NCBI GenBank assembly: GCA_965279035.1
Contig: OZ257142.1
Span: 2,176,001 to 2,240,000, forward strand
DNA: 64,000 nucleotides
Direction of reading: 5' to 3'
DNA from: Bacteroidia bacterium
GTDB lineage: Bacteria; Bacteroidota; Bacteroidia; M30B66
In this document: piece after piece, positions 49,448 through 60,253 of the stretch
Position numbering within the stretch: the stretch's first letter is position 1
Layout of the letters: every line of letters begins with the position of its first letter
Notes under the pieces: generated by a model
Told to the model about the DNA's origin: nothing
The model's database searches: none
The model's input: only the letters and a program-made list of their open reading frames with translations
Translations under genes and position numbers: made by a program

Positions 49448-52400
49448 ATGGGGTGTTACTTTAGATTATTGTCCTTTCTTTTTCTACTTTCTTCTCAACT
49501 AATAGCACAGCAATCAAACCCGATTCAACAACCCGAAATTCCCAGTTGTTTTGCGGATGAACTATTGAGAATTAAACGTTTAAATAATCCTTCGATTCAT
49601 ACTCGTATGTCGATAATGAATGAACGGATTAGTCGAAAGATCCATTCGGGTAATCAACGTGATATGCTAAGCATTCCTGTTGTGGTGCATGTGATTCATC
49701 AGAATGGATTGGAGAATATCTCTGATTTTCAGATTCATCAGGGAATTGCTGATTTAAATGCAGCCTTTGCAAATGAAGGGGCTTACTTTAATCCGAGTGG
49801 AGTAAATACCAATATTCAGTTTTGTTTAGCGGTGAGAGGGCCGGGGGGCGAATTTACGAACGGTATTAATCGCTATGAATCTCCTTTGACCAATGTAACT
49901 GCCGAAACACAAGATTCAGATTTGAAGAACATCGTGCGCTGGGATTCAAATAAGTACTTGAATATTTGGTTGGTGAACGAAATTACGTCCCTATCTATGG
50001 GAACCGGAATTGCTGGTTATGCATATTTTCCTACTTCTCAAGGACAGAGCGAAGATGGGATTGTTAACGAAGCTCGATTCTTTGGCAGCACTCCCGATAA
50101 TTCAAAAGTTCACATTCACGAGGCTGGACATTATCTAGGACTTTACCACACATTTGAAGGTTCATGCACGAATACTAATTGTCAATTAGATGGAGACCGA
50201 GTGTGTGATACGCCTCCCGATAATTCTACGGCGCCCATTGTGTGTGGTAGTTCGGTGAATTCCTGTACATCCGACGATGATGACCTGAGTGCAAATAATC
50301 CATTTCGTCCTATTGCCAATGGAGGAACTGGCGACCAGCCCGATATGTTCCAGAATTACATGGATTATGGCTATCAAAGTTGTCAGTTCAAATTTACTTT
50401 GGGACAGTCGGATCGGATGAATGCTGCATTAACGACCGAACGAGCCATCTTGCTTGAATCGGATGGATGTATTACTCCTTGTTTGAATCAGTTTGTAATA
50501 ATAGATTTTTCTTCCGATGCCACCGAAATTACTACAGGAGATTCCATTCATTTTACCGGTGCTACGACTTTTCCTGTGAATGTTGAATGGAAAATAAATT
50601 CGAATACAGTAGCAAGCACCAACAATTTCGCTTGGCAATTCAATCAGCCGGGAACTTATACGGTTACGCTTACAGCCTATAGCGATGATCCCGCTTGTAC
50701 GCAAGTTCGCACAATGAGCATTCAAGTAAATTGTGCAGCACGTGCGTATTTCGATTTAAATACAACAGGTAGCTATTTCACTCCGGGTTTGCCTGTCACT
50801 GCTAATAATACTTCGGTGAATGGGGTTTCATATGTGTGGCATCTCGATGGAAATTCGCTCTCTTCAGGATTCAATTGGCAACAAACATTTACTATTCCGG
50901 GTGGACATTCGCTTTACCTAGTTACCACGGGAACAACATGCAGTGATACTTCATCTACAAAGTTTTTTCAAGTAGGAAATTGTGACTTATCAGGTGTAAC
51001 GCGCAATTGGGAAATCTATAAGAATCACTTCACGTTTCAAACCGATGGTCAATTGATTCAAGCGAGTACGAACGCCATTATGCCCGATGGTGTTGAAAGT
51101 AGTTCCACTATTTCGGATGCCGATGGAAACCTGCTCTTATTCTCGGATGGATTAAGTGTATGGGATAGAAACGAAAACCTCATGCCCAACGGAACGGGAT
51201 TATTGGGGCATTATTCGTCTACGCAAGGTTCTATCATTGTTCCGCATCCCGGAAATCCGCATCAGTACTTTGTATTTACAAGCGATGCCTATGAAAACGA
51301 TTTTACTGTGGGCTTGCATTACAGCATTGTTGATATGCAACTTAATGGTGGTTTGGGCGATGTGACCGAAACCAAAAACGTATTGTTGCTTATCGGCACC
51401 AACGAAAAGTTAAGTGCTACCTGGCATGCCAACGGACACGACATTTGGATTGGAACAGGGGCAGGGCATAGTAATGCTTGGTATGCTTTTTTAATTGATG
51501 ATGCTGGAGTGCATGCAACACCAGTGGTTTCGCACATTGGAGCAGCTCCTTCAGTTGCTATCGGGGCAATGAAATTTTCGCATGATGGAAATCGGATGGC
51601 TGCCTGTATGTTAACCGAATGGCCTTGGCGTATGTTACTTGCCGACTTCGATAAAGAAACAGGCGTTTATTACAATCCTAAGGAACTGCTTTTAAGTTCA
51701 GAATTCAACGAACAAGTATTTGGTCTTGAGTTTTCACCCGATAATTCGAAGCTGTATGTAAGTATTATTCTTGGCGGTAATATTTTTCAGTACGATTTGA
51801 GCTACACGACTGCCTCTCAAATAATGGCATCTCGCATTACAATTGATCCCTATGAGACCATTAATTTTGGTCACCTTTTATTGGCACCCGATGGGAAAAT
51901 ATACATCAATGCAGGAGGACAGTTGGATGCCATTCCGAACCCGAATTTGGCAGGAATGGCCTGTGGTTACCAATCAAACGTAGTGACCTTGCCTCCACCA
52001 CAGATCTATACCAGTTTACCCAATATGCTGCAGGGCTTTTATAGTGCGCATCAACCCAATATTGCAGGACCGTTAAACATGTGCAAAGGAGGAATTTCAT
52101 ATAACTACGGCATTACACTCGAATCGGCTGAAGATTCTGCTATCTGGACACATTCTGGTCCGGCTACCTTGATGGCTGGCAATGGAAATACAACCGCAAT
52201 GCTTATCAGTGGAAATACCCCTGGTACAGACATACTGAGTGTGATTATTTACGGGCGATGCGGGATCAGTAGAGATACCATCATCATCCACACCAACAGC
52301 CCCGAAACAACTGTGCTTCCTGAGACGGGATTTGCTTGTGATACGAACCTGATTCTTAATCCGGGAAATGATTTTCTATCGTATTACTGGCAAGATGGGG

Positions 52401-53200
52401 CAAACACACCTACCTATAGCGTTTCCGAAGCCGGTCTTTACTGGGTGCGCGTAAAGGGGGCATCAGGATGTATAATTACCGATACTACGGAAGTGTTTGT
52501 AGCACCATTAATTGCACAGCCAAATCTAGGACCTGATAGAAATGTTTGTCAGTTCGAAACGGTGGTTCTGAATGCAACAGATGCTAGTTACACCCATTAC
52601 GAATGGCAGGATGGCTCGCAAAATCCAACCTATACTGCATTTTTACCGGGCACTTATTGGGTTACTGGAAGTGATGGTTGTACTAGTAAAACCGATACGA
52701 TTCATCTTACAGAATCCTTAGCTTCACCAATAGATTTGAATTACCTTGGAAATGACACGATTTGTAAAATATCCTTGCCATTTGTATTAACAGCAGCTAA
52801 TGGATTCAACAGCTATTCGTGGTCTACAGGATCAACATCACAAAACATTAATGTCACTTCTATTGGAACGTATTCGTTAGTGGCAACAAATGCATTAGGC
52901 TGTTCGGCAAAAGATACGATTTGGGTGATTGATTGTTTATCGTTGGATGAAATTACTCGTAAATCGTTTGAAATCTACCCCAATCCATCAGACCATTTTC
53001 TCAATATAAAATCTAACTCAAATTCACCATTTACGATTAAACTCTTAACACTTTCGGGACAATTAATAATAGAAAAAAGAATTTCGGCTAATGAAACCAT
53101 GCAATTAAATACCGAGCAATATGCTAATGAACTTTACTTATTGGAAATCTTTACCGATAAACAAATCTGGCATGAAAAGCTGTTGATTTTGCATCATTGA
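49448..53200 (+). CDS. M43 (pappalysin/ulilysin-like) zinc metalloprotease with PKD-like domains, beta-propeller and T9SS type A CTD
   Basis: IPVVVHVIH; HEAGHYLGLYHTF (50117); GDRVCDTPP; Met-turn NYMDY; CTD IYPNPSDH. ATG49448 preferred over TTG49433. Confidence 0.92.
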   Translation: MGCYFRLLSFLFLLSSQLIAQQSNPIQQPEIPSCFADELLRIKRLNNPSIHTRMSIMNERISRKIHSGNQRDMLSIPVVVHVIHQNGLENISDFQIHQGIADLNAAFANEGAYFNPSGVNTNIQFCLAVRGPGGEFTNGINRYESPLTNVTAETQDSDLKNIVRWDSNKYLNIWLVNEITSLSMGTGIAGYAYFPTSQGQSEDGIVNEARFFGSTPDNSKVHIHEAGHYLGLYHTFEGSCTNTNCQLDGDRVCDTPPDNSTAPIVCGSSVNSCTSDDDDLSANNPFRPIANGGTGDQPDMFQNYMDYGYQSCQFKFTLGQSDRMNAALTTERAILLESDGCITPCLNQFVIIDFSSDATEITTGDSIHFTGATTFPVNVEWKINSNTVASTNNFAWQFNQPGTYTVTLTAYSDDPACTQVRTMSIQVNCAARAYFDLNTTGSYFTPGLPVTANNTSVNGVSYVWHLDGNSLSSGFNWQQTFTIPGGHSLYLVTTGTTCSDTSSTKFFQVGNCDLSGVTRNWEIYKNHFTFQTDGQLIQASTNAIMPDGVESSSTISDADGNLLLFSDGLSVWDRNENLMPNGTGLLGHYSSTQGSIIVPHPGNPHQYFVFTSDAYENDFTVGLHYSIVDMQLNGGLGDVTETKNVLLLIGTNEKLSATWHANGHDIWIGTGAGHSNAWYAFLIDDAGVHATPVVSHIGAAPSVAIGAMKFSHDGNRMAACMLTEWPWRMLLADFDKETGVYYNPKELLLSSEFNEQVFGLEFSPDNSKLYVSIILGGNIFQYDLSYTTASQIMASRITIDPYETINFGHLLLAPDGKIYINAGGQLDAIPNPNLAGMACGYQSNVVTLPPPQIYTSLPNMLQGFYSAHQPNIAGPLNMCKGGISYNYGITLESAEDSAIWTHSGPATLMAGNGNTTAMLISGNTPGTDILSVIIYGRCGISRDTIIIHTNSPETTVLPETGFACDTNLILNPGNDFLSYYWQDGANTPTYSVSEAGLYWVRVKGASGCIITDTTEVFVAPLIAQPNLGPDRNVCQFETVVLNATDASYTHYEWQDGSQNPTYTAFLPGTYWVTGSDGCTSKTDTIHLTESLASPIDLNYLGNDTICKISLPFVLTAANGFNSYSWSTGSTSQNINVTSIGTYSLVATNALGCSAKDTIWVIDCLSLDEITRKSFEIYPNPSDHFLNIKSNSNSPFTIKLLTLSGQLIIEKRISANETMQLNTEQYANELYLLEIFTDKQIWHEKLLILHH

Positions 53201-53315
53201 TTTGGGTTGATGTTGAATGAAGGCAACTTGTTTTCAAGTTATAACCTTAAATCTGTTGCATTAATTTATTAAAAAATTAATTAAGTTAAGTCAATTGAAT
53301 TCAATAGATAGCCTT

Positions 53316-53703
53316 ATGAAATCTTAACTTCTAACAATCGTTCTTCTATTCTAATCCTTTCACACATTTTCTTAGCAAATCGGCAATCAGGACTCACAAA
53401 GAAATGAATGTAGTAATGATAGCGAAAAGGCTATTGAAACGTATGTGTTAGTTGGAAGAGAAGTAATAAAAAAACTGTTCCCAAAAGAAAATATTGCAAT
53501 GAATCGGGTAGAGTATTATAAGCATTTTGGTATTTTAAGACGGAAAAGTGCTAGAAGCACATTTAGGTCGAGGTTCTACAACCAATTCGTCTTGTTTGGT
53601 TGCTGCTTCTCTAGAAGCAGCTTTAAAAACAAAATGGACAAAGCATCCAAATGCCCTTGAAAAGCAGAATGGAAAAATTATTTATCTGTTTAAAATTGAA
53701 TAA
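53316..53703 (+). pseudogene. Decayed gene for a short signal-peptide protein with a TonB C-terminal domain
   Basis: Reconstruction: MKS*LLTIVLLF*SFHTFS*QIGNQ...YVLVGREVIKKLFPKE / YCNESGRV / ISILVF*DGKVLEAHLGRGSTTNSSCLVAASLEAALKTKWTKHPNALEKQNGKIIYLFKIE*. Four stops and two -1 frameshifts. Confidence 0.75.
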
Positions 53704-54032
53704 ATAAAATTCAATTTCCAATTTGTAAATTCGATTTTCTTTTAATTATTTTAATGATGTATATATATAAACGGAGGTGAAAGTTCTATTTTAAATTCAA
53801 CTGAAATTTCAATCACCAGCTTTTATTTTCTTTGTCTGTAAGAAATCACTTCATCAATTGTTTATACAATACATTCTATTAATCAAGCTATTGTTTAATT
53901 GCGATTATCAAGAAATAACTTCTATATGAAAATAAGTATAGAATCCAATTTTTAATATCCAATCTTGCTATTCCAAAAAATAATGCGACATTTAGATTCG
54001 TCCGCATAGAGAAACCCAACTATTTTCTGCAA

Positions 54033-57000
54033 ATGAAACATTGGATAAACCACTCGAAAGAAATCGTACTGATGATACTGTTTCTTTTATCTTTTCCTGT
54101 ATTGGCGCAACAACCCATTGCGCATCAATGTGCTACCGATGTGCTCATTGCTCAGCAAAAAAACAATCCTAAGTTTCAATATCGACTTCGAGATGTGGAT
54201 GAAACCATCCATTTGATGAGTTCTCAATCGGTTAATCGGAATTCGGTGTTTACCATTCCCGTTGTTGTGCATATTATACATAATGGAGGGGCGGAGAATA
54301 TTTCGGATGCGCAAGTGAACCAAGCCATTGCCGATTTAAATAATGCCTTTGCTAATACCGGGAATTATCATGATGAAGATGGTGTAGATACGGGAATTTC
54401 GTTCTGTTTAGCTAAGCAAGATGAAAATGGTCAATTTACTACCGGCATCAACCGCATTCAAAATCCCTTAACCAATATGGTTTTGGAAAATGATGATCAA
54501 TCGCTCAAAAACTTAATTCAATGGAATCCATATCATTACCTCAATATCTGGTTGGTTAATTCAATCACATCTGCCTCCATGGGACCGGGTGTTGCTGGAT
54601 ATTCCACTTTACCTGCAAGTCACGGTGGACCAACTGATGGCATTGTGAATGAAGCTGGTTTATTTGGTTCGAGTGCTGATAATTCCAAAGTACATATTCA
54701 CGAAGCCGGTCATTATTGCGGTCTCTATCACACGTTTCAAGGTGCATGTACGAATAATGATTGTACACTCGACAATGATCAAGTGTGCGACACGCCTCCC
54801 GATGCTTCTGTATTGCCAATAAGCTGCAATGCAAGCGTAAATTCGTGTAGCACCGATTCGGATGATCCTTCAGTAAATAATCCATTTCGATCACTTGCTT
54901 TGGGCGGATTAGGCGATCAAAATGATCTATTTATTAATTACATGGATTATGGGTATCAAGCCTGTCAATCGCTTTATACTGATGGACAACGAGTGCGCAT
55001 GATTACAGCATTACAGCAAATTCGGTTTTCATTACTTGAATCACATGGATGTCTTTCGCCTTGTACGAATCCTTTAACGGCATCTTTCAGTTTTACACCT
55101 GTAGAGCCTATTTCTGTTGGTGTTCCGGTACAATTCACCAGTTCGAATATTGGCGGTGCCACTACGTTTGAATGGTTTCAAAACAATACATCCTTTTCCA
55201 CTTTAGCCAATTCGAGTTTCACATTTAACCAAGATGGAAGTTTCTACATTGAGCTTCAAGTGGGCAATGGTGACATTTCCTGCGCTATTTCGGTGTATGA
55301 TACCATAACAGTTATTTGTCCTGTTCAGGCTTCTTTTACGGCTTCTTCTTTAACCGTTGCTCCTGGCGATTCTATTCATTTTAGCAATACGGGTTCGGGT
55401 TATACTTCGGTTCAATGGTTTATTGATGGAATTCCAGTTTCAAATAATCCGAATTTCAATGCTGGTTTTCCCAATCCGGGGCAATATTTAATTACTGAAA
55501 TTAGTTCGAATGGACTGTGCGAAAAAGCTGCAAATACTCTATTAATTACTGTAGGAAATAATTGTAATTCGATCAATGCTGGTCCCGATCAAGTAGTTTG
55601 TTCAGGAACTCCAATTCAATTGCATGGAACTGCCCCAGGCATTAATGATATTGTTTCTACCCATTGGTCAGGTGGAACAGGAACGTATGTACCGAATGAT
55701 ACTGATCCGGATGCACTCTATTATCCATCGGAATTAGAAATTGCTGCTGGTGAAGCGAATTTACAATTTCATATTGCATTTGGTTCCATTACAACTTCGG
55801 TTGATGCATCCTTATTAGCCTACGATCATAGTGGCGAAGATTCTATCTTTTATATAAGCCCTATAAATGGCGCTATTCAAGGTGTTCAGAGTAATTCAGG
55901 ACACGATTTAACTGCCATCGGTTACCAAACAAATTCGCATTTTTTATATGGTATTTCCAATATTGTTGATCCTCCACGTTTGTATGAAATAAATGTCATT
56001 ACCAATGTAGTTACCATGATTTTGGATTTCTTGGGAGATCGTTATTGGGCTGGCGATTTCGATAATTCACACCAATTATTTTATTCCATTAGCACTCCTT
56101 GGGGAGCACAACAAAATCAGATTTTACATTCATTTGATATGAGTTCTGGAACAGCTGTCAATACACCCATTGGTTCCTTGAATTTACCAGGTGATAATAA
56201 TAATGGATTTTTTATAGCAGGTGATGGAATTAATGGCTTAGCCTATGATCCAAGTTTAAATAAGCTTTATGGAATTTCATTTAATGGACAATTATACGAT
56301 ATCAACATCAATACAGGAAATGCAACAGTGATTGGCAATACACAAGGTGGTTTACGTGGATTAGCGTATGATTTTTCGACCAATAAATTATGGGGATGTG
56401 ATAATCTTGCAAACCTAACCGAAATTGATAAAAACACGGGTGCAATATTGTCCAATGTAGCTTGCCAAGGTAGTTTTGGAGTAACAACTAGTCTCACCTA
56501 TGCTCCGGGAATATTGCCTAGTCAGCAAGTTTCTTGTCTTGATAGTTTACATATCGACTTGCTTCCAACACCACAAGTAAACCTCGGTCCGGATACTGCA
56601 TTTTGTTCGGGAAATAGCATTTTATTAAGTGCTCAAGGAAATTTCGATAGCATTGAATGGCAAGATTCTTCAACGAATCCGACATTCACTGCAACTCAAA
56701 CTGGAATCTATTATGTTACCGTTACCGATACCAATTCCTGTGTGGGAAGCGATACTGTAAATGTGTTGCAGAATCTTCCAGCTACAGTTTTTTCACTTGG
56801 TCCAGATCGAATACAATGCGATGGTGGTGTTACTACATTAACTGCACCTTCGGGTTATTTAAGCACTCTTTGGAATTCTGGAAATACCGAGCCTGTTTTG
56901 ACTATCTATACCTCTGGAAATTATTGGCTTACTGTTACCGATTTATGTCATAACAGTTATACCGATACTATTCAAATTATCTATGATACTGTTCCTTTTT

Positions 57001-57683
57001 TGGATTTAGGAACGGATACGATTGCTTGTTCTGCACAACCATTATTTCTTGATGCAGGTCCGGATTTCGACACGTATTATTGGAATACTGCGGATCAAAC
57101 CAGTAGTATTCAAGCAAGTTCATCGGGAAGTTATTGGGTGCGTGCAACAACTACGAATGGGTGTATAGTATTCGATACACTGCATGTTGAATTGGGAGAT
57201 CCCAAAGCCCCATTATCTCTTGGAAACGATACAACACTGTGTGGCAACGATTCTTTGCTCTTAAAAATTCCTTTGGGTTATTCACCAATAATGTGGAATA
57301 CTGGCTCACATGCTGGGGCGATTATTATTCATAGTGAAGGAAATTATTGGGTGCAGGTAAATGATTCGTCGCATTGTATTTCTACCGATACGATTGCAGT
57401 TCATTTCGGAATATTAGCTAGTGAATTTGAAATTCCAAATGCATTTAGCCCGAATGGAGATGCGATGAATGATTTATTCTCTTGGGAATATGAACACATC
57501 AGTGATTTTCATATTTCCTTATTTAATCGATGGGGTACAAAACTTTACGAAACGGATCAACCACAAGCATTTTGGACAGGAGAAAATCAATCAGACGGAA
57601 CGTATTTTTATATTCTCAACTATACCGAAAGTTGCACCCATCAACACGTTGAGAAGAAAGGATTTTTTAGTTTGTTGCATTAA
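54033..57683 (+). CDS. M43 zinc metalloprotease with PKD-like domains, beta-propeller and T9SS type B CTD
   Basis: IPVVVHIIH; HEAGHYCGLYHTF (54699); NYMDY; C-terminus IPNAFSPNGDAMND...FNRWG..LY...WTG...DGTYFY...KGFFSLLH. Confidence 0.92.
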   Translation: MKHWINHSKEIVLMILFLLSFPVLAQQPIAHQCATDVLIAQQKNNPKFQYRLRDVDETIHLMSSQSVNRNSVFTIPVVVHIIHNGGAENISDAQVNQAIADLNNAFANTGNYHDEDGVDTGISFCLAKQDENGQFTTGINRIQNPLTNMVLENDDQSLKNLIQWNPYHYLNIWLVNSITSASMGPGVAGYSTLPASHGGPTDGIVNEAGLFGSSADNSKVHIHEAGHYCGLYHTFQGACTNNDCTLDNDQVCDTPPDASVLPISCNASVNSCSTDSDDPSVNNPFRSLALGGLGDQNDLFINYMDYGYQACQSLYTDGQRVRMITALQQIRFSLLESHGCLSPCTNPLTASFSFTPVEPISVGVPVQFTSSNIGGATTFEWFQNNTSFSTLANSSFTFNQDGSFYIELQVGNGDISCAISVYDTITVICPVQASFTASSLTVAPGDSIHFSNTGSGYTSVQWFIDGIPVSNNPNFNAGFPNPGQYLITEISSNGLCEKAANTLLITVGNNCNSINAGPDQVVCSGTPIQLHGTAPGINDIVSTHWSGGTGTYVPNDTDPDALYYPSELEIAAGEANLQFHIAFGSITTSVDASLLAYDHSGEDSIFYISPINGAIQGVQSNSGHDLTAIGYQTNSHFLYGISNIVDPPRLYEINVITNVVTMILDFLGDRYWAGDFDNSHQLFYSISTPWGAQQNQILHSFDMSSGTAVNTPIGSLNLPGDNNNGFFIAGDGINGLAYDPSLNKLYGISFNGQLYDININTGNATVIGNTQGGLRGLAYDFSTNKLWGCDNLANLTEIDKNTGAILSNVACQGSFGVTTSLTYAPGILPSQQVSCLDSLHIDLLPTPQVNLGPDTAFCSGNSILLSAQGNFDSIEWQDSSTNPTFTATQTGIYYVTVTDTNSCVGSDTVNVLQNLPATVFSLGPDRIQCDGGVTTLTAPSGYLSTLWNSGNTEPVLTIYTSGNYWLTVTDLCHNSYTDTIQIIYDTVPFLDLGTDTIACSAQPLFLDAGPDFDTYYWNTADQTSSIQASSSGSYWVRATTTNGCIVFDTLHVELGDPKAPLSLGNDTTLCGNDSLLLKIPLGYSPIMWNTGSHAGAIIIHSEGNYWVQVNDSSHCISTDTIAVHFGILASEFEIPNAFSPNGDAMNDLFSWEYEHISDFHISLFNRWGTKLYETDQPQAFWTGENQSDGTYFYILNYTESCTHQHVEKKGFFSLLH

Positions 57684-57787
57684 TGAATGATTTATTTCGG
57701 AAGATTGAAGCAGATAATCCTGATAGAGGTTGACACATGCTCTTAAAATAGAATTACGAATTTAAAGAAGTAGATTTATCATAGAAT

Positions 57788-58213
57788 ATGGAGCAGGACA
57801 AAACAATTCAAACACCATTTGCACAAACCTATTTTCATGGGACAAAGGCTGATTTGAAAATAGGGGATTTCATTCTTATTGGAGTGAATTCAAATTATGG
57901 AACAAGAAAGCAGGCTAAGTATATTTATTTAACATCCACATTAGATGCAGCTATTTGGGGTGCTGAACTTGCTTTGGGAGAAGGGAAGGAGCGAATTTAT
58001 TTAGTAGAACCCATGGGATTAATTGAAGACGATCCTAATGTAACGGATAAAAAATTCCCGGGGAATCCAACAATGTCCTATCGTTCCAAAGAACCGTTTA
58101 AAGTTGTTGGTGAAATCACACTATGGTTAGGACACTCACCGGAAAAGATCAAGGTGATGAAAGAGGCATTAGAGAAATTAAAAACGTTGGGAATTGAAGC
58201 TATTGAGGATTAA
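57788..58213 (+). CDS. arr: NAD(+)-rifampin ADP-ribosyltransferase
   Basis: FHGTKADL..GD, SNY, YIYLTSTLDAAIWGAELA, RIYLVEP, EDDPNVTDKKFPGNPTMSYRS..P..VVGE. Confidence 0.93.
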   Translation: MEQDKTIQTPFAQTYFHGTKADLKIGDFILIGVNSNYGTRKQAKYIYLTSTLDAAIWGAELALGEGKERIYLVEPMGLIEDDPNVTDKKFPGNPTMSYRSKEPFKVVGEITLWLGHSPEKIKVMKEALEKLKTLGIEAIED

Positions 58214-58606
58214 TTGCATAGAATAAAATAAAATTCAACCGAAGAAATAATATTCAACGTGTTCTTTTTTATTCAAGAATATTTCCAACAATATGTAATT
58301 CTGAATTACTCTATAGGAGGTTTAACTAATAAAGCATTTAAGTCTTTTATAAAAATACAAATTGCTGAAAACTAACGATGTGAATTAATGAAATAGAGTT
58401 TGGAGAATCGGACTGAGGCTTTGAAAATAGAAGGTATTCAAATAAAAATTCAAGTATATTCATTTTAATTTAAAATACAATTATTTCAATTTTGAATTTA
58501 GATTTTGTTAAACTATAACACAGCAAAGCGAATATGATTCTTCTCTCATTTTTAAGGCGTAGTTATTTATATATTCCCTAGCTTTATTCAATAAAATAAA
58601 TTGAAA

Positions 58607-60007
58607 ATGAAAGTACTTTTTCCATTCATTATGATGCTAATATTTGGTGCAAAAACCAATGCTCAATTATTCTGCTTTAATCCATATAGTAGTTACGATT
58701 GTGATTTAAACACAGCAACATTGGTAAATGCCGATTTTAATGCCGATGGTAAAATGGATTTGGCTGCTGTCAATATTTCGGGCTCTGTTACTATTTTGCT
58801 CGGAAATGGAATGGGTGGATTTTCAGCTCCCAGCAATACTACTTCAGGAGTTCTCCCACACACTGCATGTTCAGCCGATTATAATAGTGATGGCAAAGTT
58901 GATTTAGCTACATTTAATTCTGGTCCGGGCAATGTATCTATTATGCTAGGCAGCGGTACTGGAAGTTTTGTGGTTTCAACTGCATTTTCAACTGGAACAT
59001 ACAGTCCTTTATCTCGCATTGCAACGAATGATTTTAATGGAGATGAAAAAGCGGATTTAATCATATCAAGCAGTTTCAATTACGCAATGATCGCACTTGG
59101 CAATGGAGATGGAACCTTTGCTACACCTGTTCATATTCCAGTTGACAATGGAACAAAAGAAATAGCCATTGGTGACTTTAATGCCGATGGGAAAAAGGAC
59201 TTAGCTTTAACAACTTATAATATTTCATTTCATGTATCGGTGATGTTGGGCAATGGGATTGGTGGTTTCGGATCTGTTACAAATTATAGCATTGGTGATT
59301 CACCTGAATGCATGATCATTGCCGATTTTAATGGTGATACGATTAGTGATTTAGCCACAGCGAATATTGGCAATAATACTGTAGGGAATATTTCTGTGTT
59401 AATGGGGAATGGCGATGGCAGTTTTACCAATGCTGTCAATTACTCAATAGGTGATTCTACTATAGCACGTTCGCTTTGTGCTGCCGATTTAAATAATGAT
59501 GGGAAAATTGATTTAGCAGCTGCAACGATTGCTAATCATAACGTTTCGAATATCTCACTACTTGCAGGTGATGGAACTGGAGTATTTGACTCGCCAGTTG
59601 TGTTAGATGTAGATTCTTTTCCTAACGCAATTATTGCTTCTGATTTCAATAATGATGGCAAAATTGATTTGGCTGCATCCTCTTCAAAAAGCAATATTGA
59701 TTTTGGCAAAGTTTCGGTACTTCTAAATTGTAATCCTACGAACATCGATAAAACAACTTCAAACAATCAAGTAATTACATTTTATCCTAACCCAACCAAG
59801 GGGATACTCTATTTTAAATCGAATTCTTTGCCACAAAATGCTTCATTGGATATTTACAATGATATCGGACAAAAAGTATATTCAGTAGCAAATCTCAATA
59901 CATTAGAGAATAACAAAATTGATTTGTCGTATAATCGATCCGGAATTTATAGTATCTTGTTTAAATCGGATAATAATATGTTTTTGCAAAAAATTGTAAT
60001 CAACTGA
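58607..60007 (+). CDS. FG-GAP/VCBS-repeat beta-propeller protein with T9SS type A CTD
   Basis: Seven D(F/Y/L)NxDxxxDL...(L/M)GxGxGxF repeats; CTD FYPNPTKG...QKIVIN. Confidence 0.92.
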   Translation: MKVLFPFIMMLIFGAKTNAQLFCFNPYSSYDCDLNTATLVNADFNADGKMDLAAVNISGSVTILLGNGMGGFSAPSNTTSGVLPHTACSADYNSDGKVDLATFNSGPGNVSIMLGSGTGSFVVSTAFSTGTYSPLSRIATNDFNGDEKADLIISSSFNYAMIALGNGDGTFATPVHIPVDNGTKEIAIGDFNADGKKDLALTTYNISFHVSVMLGNGIGGFGSVTNYSIGDSPECMIIADFNGDTISDLATANIGNNTVGNISVLMGNGDGSFTNAVNYSIGDSTIARSLCAADLNNDGKIDLAAATIANHNVSNISLLAGDGTGVFDSPVVLDVDSFPNAIIASDFNNDGKIDLAASSSKSNIDFGKVSVLLNCNPTNIDKTTSNNQVITFYPNPTKGILYFKSNSLPQNASLDIYNDIGQKVYSVANLNTLENNKIDLSYNRSGIYSILFKSDNNMFLQKIVIN

Positions 60008-60253
60008 AATATTGATTCATCAACATTGTAAGGGCAAAACGAGATAAGCAATACTATTCAGTTTTTCATTATGAAAATTTTGAATGATTCTAATTTTGGG
60101 AATTAAATTTTGCATTTATCAACGGAGACATTCTTGATAGATTCCCACCTAATTTTGAATTTGTATACTTTCAATTTCATTATTTCTTATAGTATTTTTT
60201 ATAAAAAGAAATTTGAGTAATTGTTATTCAACAACCATATAAAAAAGCAACGA

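Noticed and set aside
53445-53660. 71-aa ORF as a real gene
   Set aside because: Only its first part is in the ancestral frame; it is a piece of the 53316-53703 pseudogene.
58214-58600. attC-like site after arr
   Set aside because: Isolated TAAC/CAAC words only; no matching inverted core site or stem found by eye.
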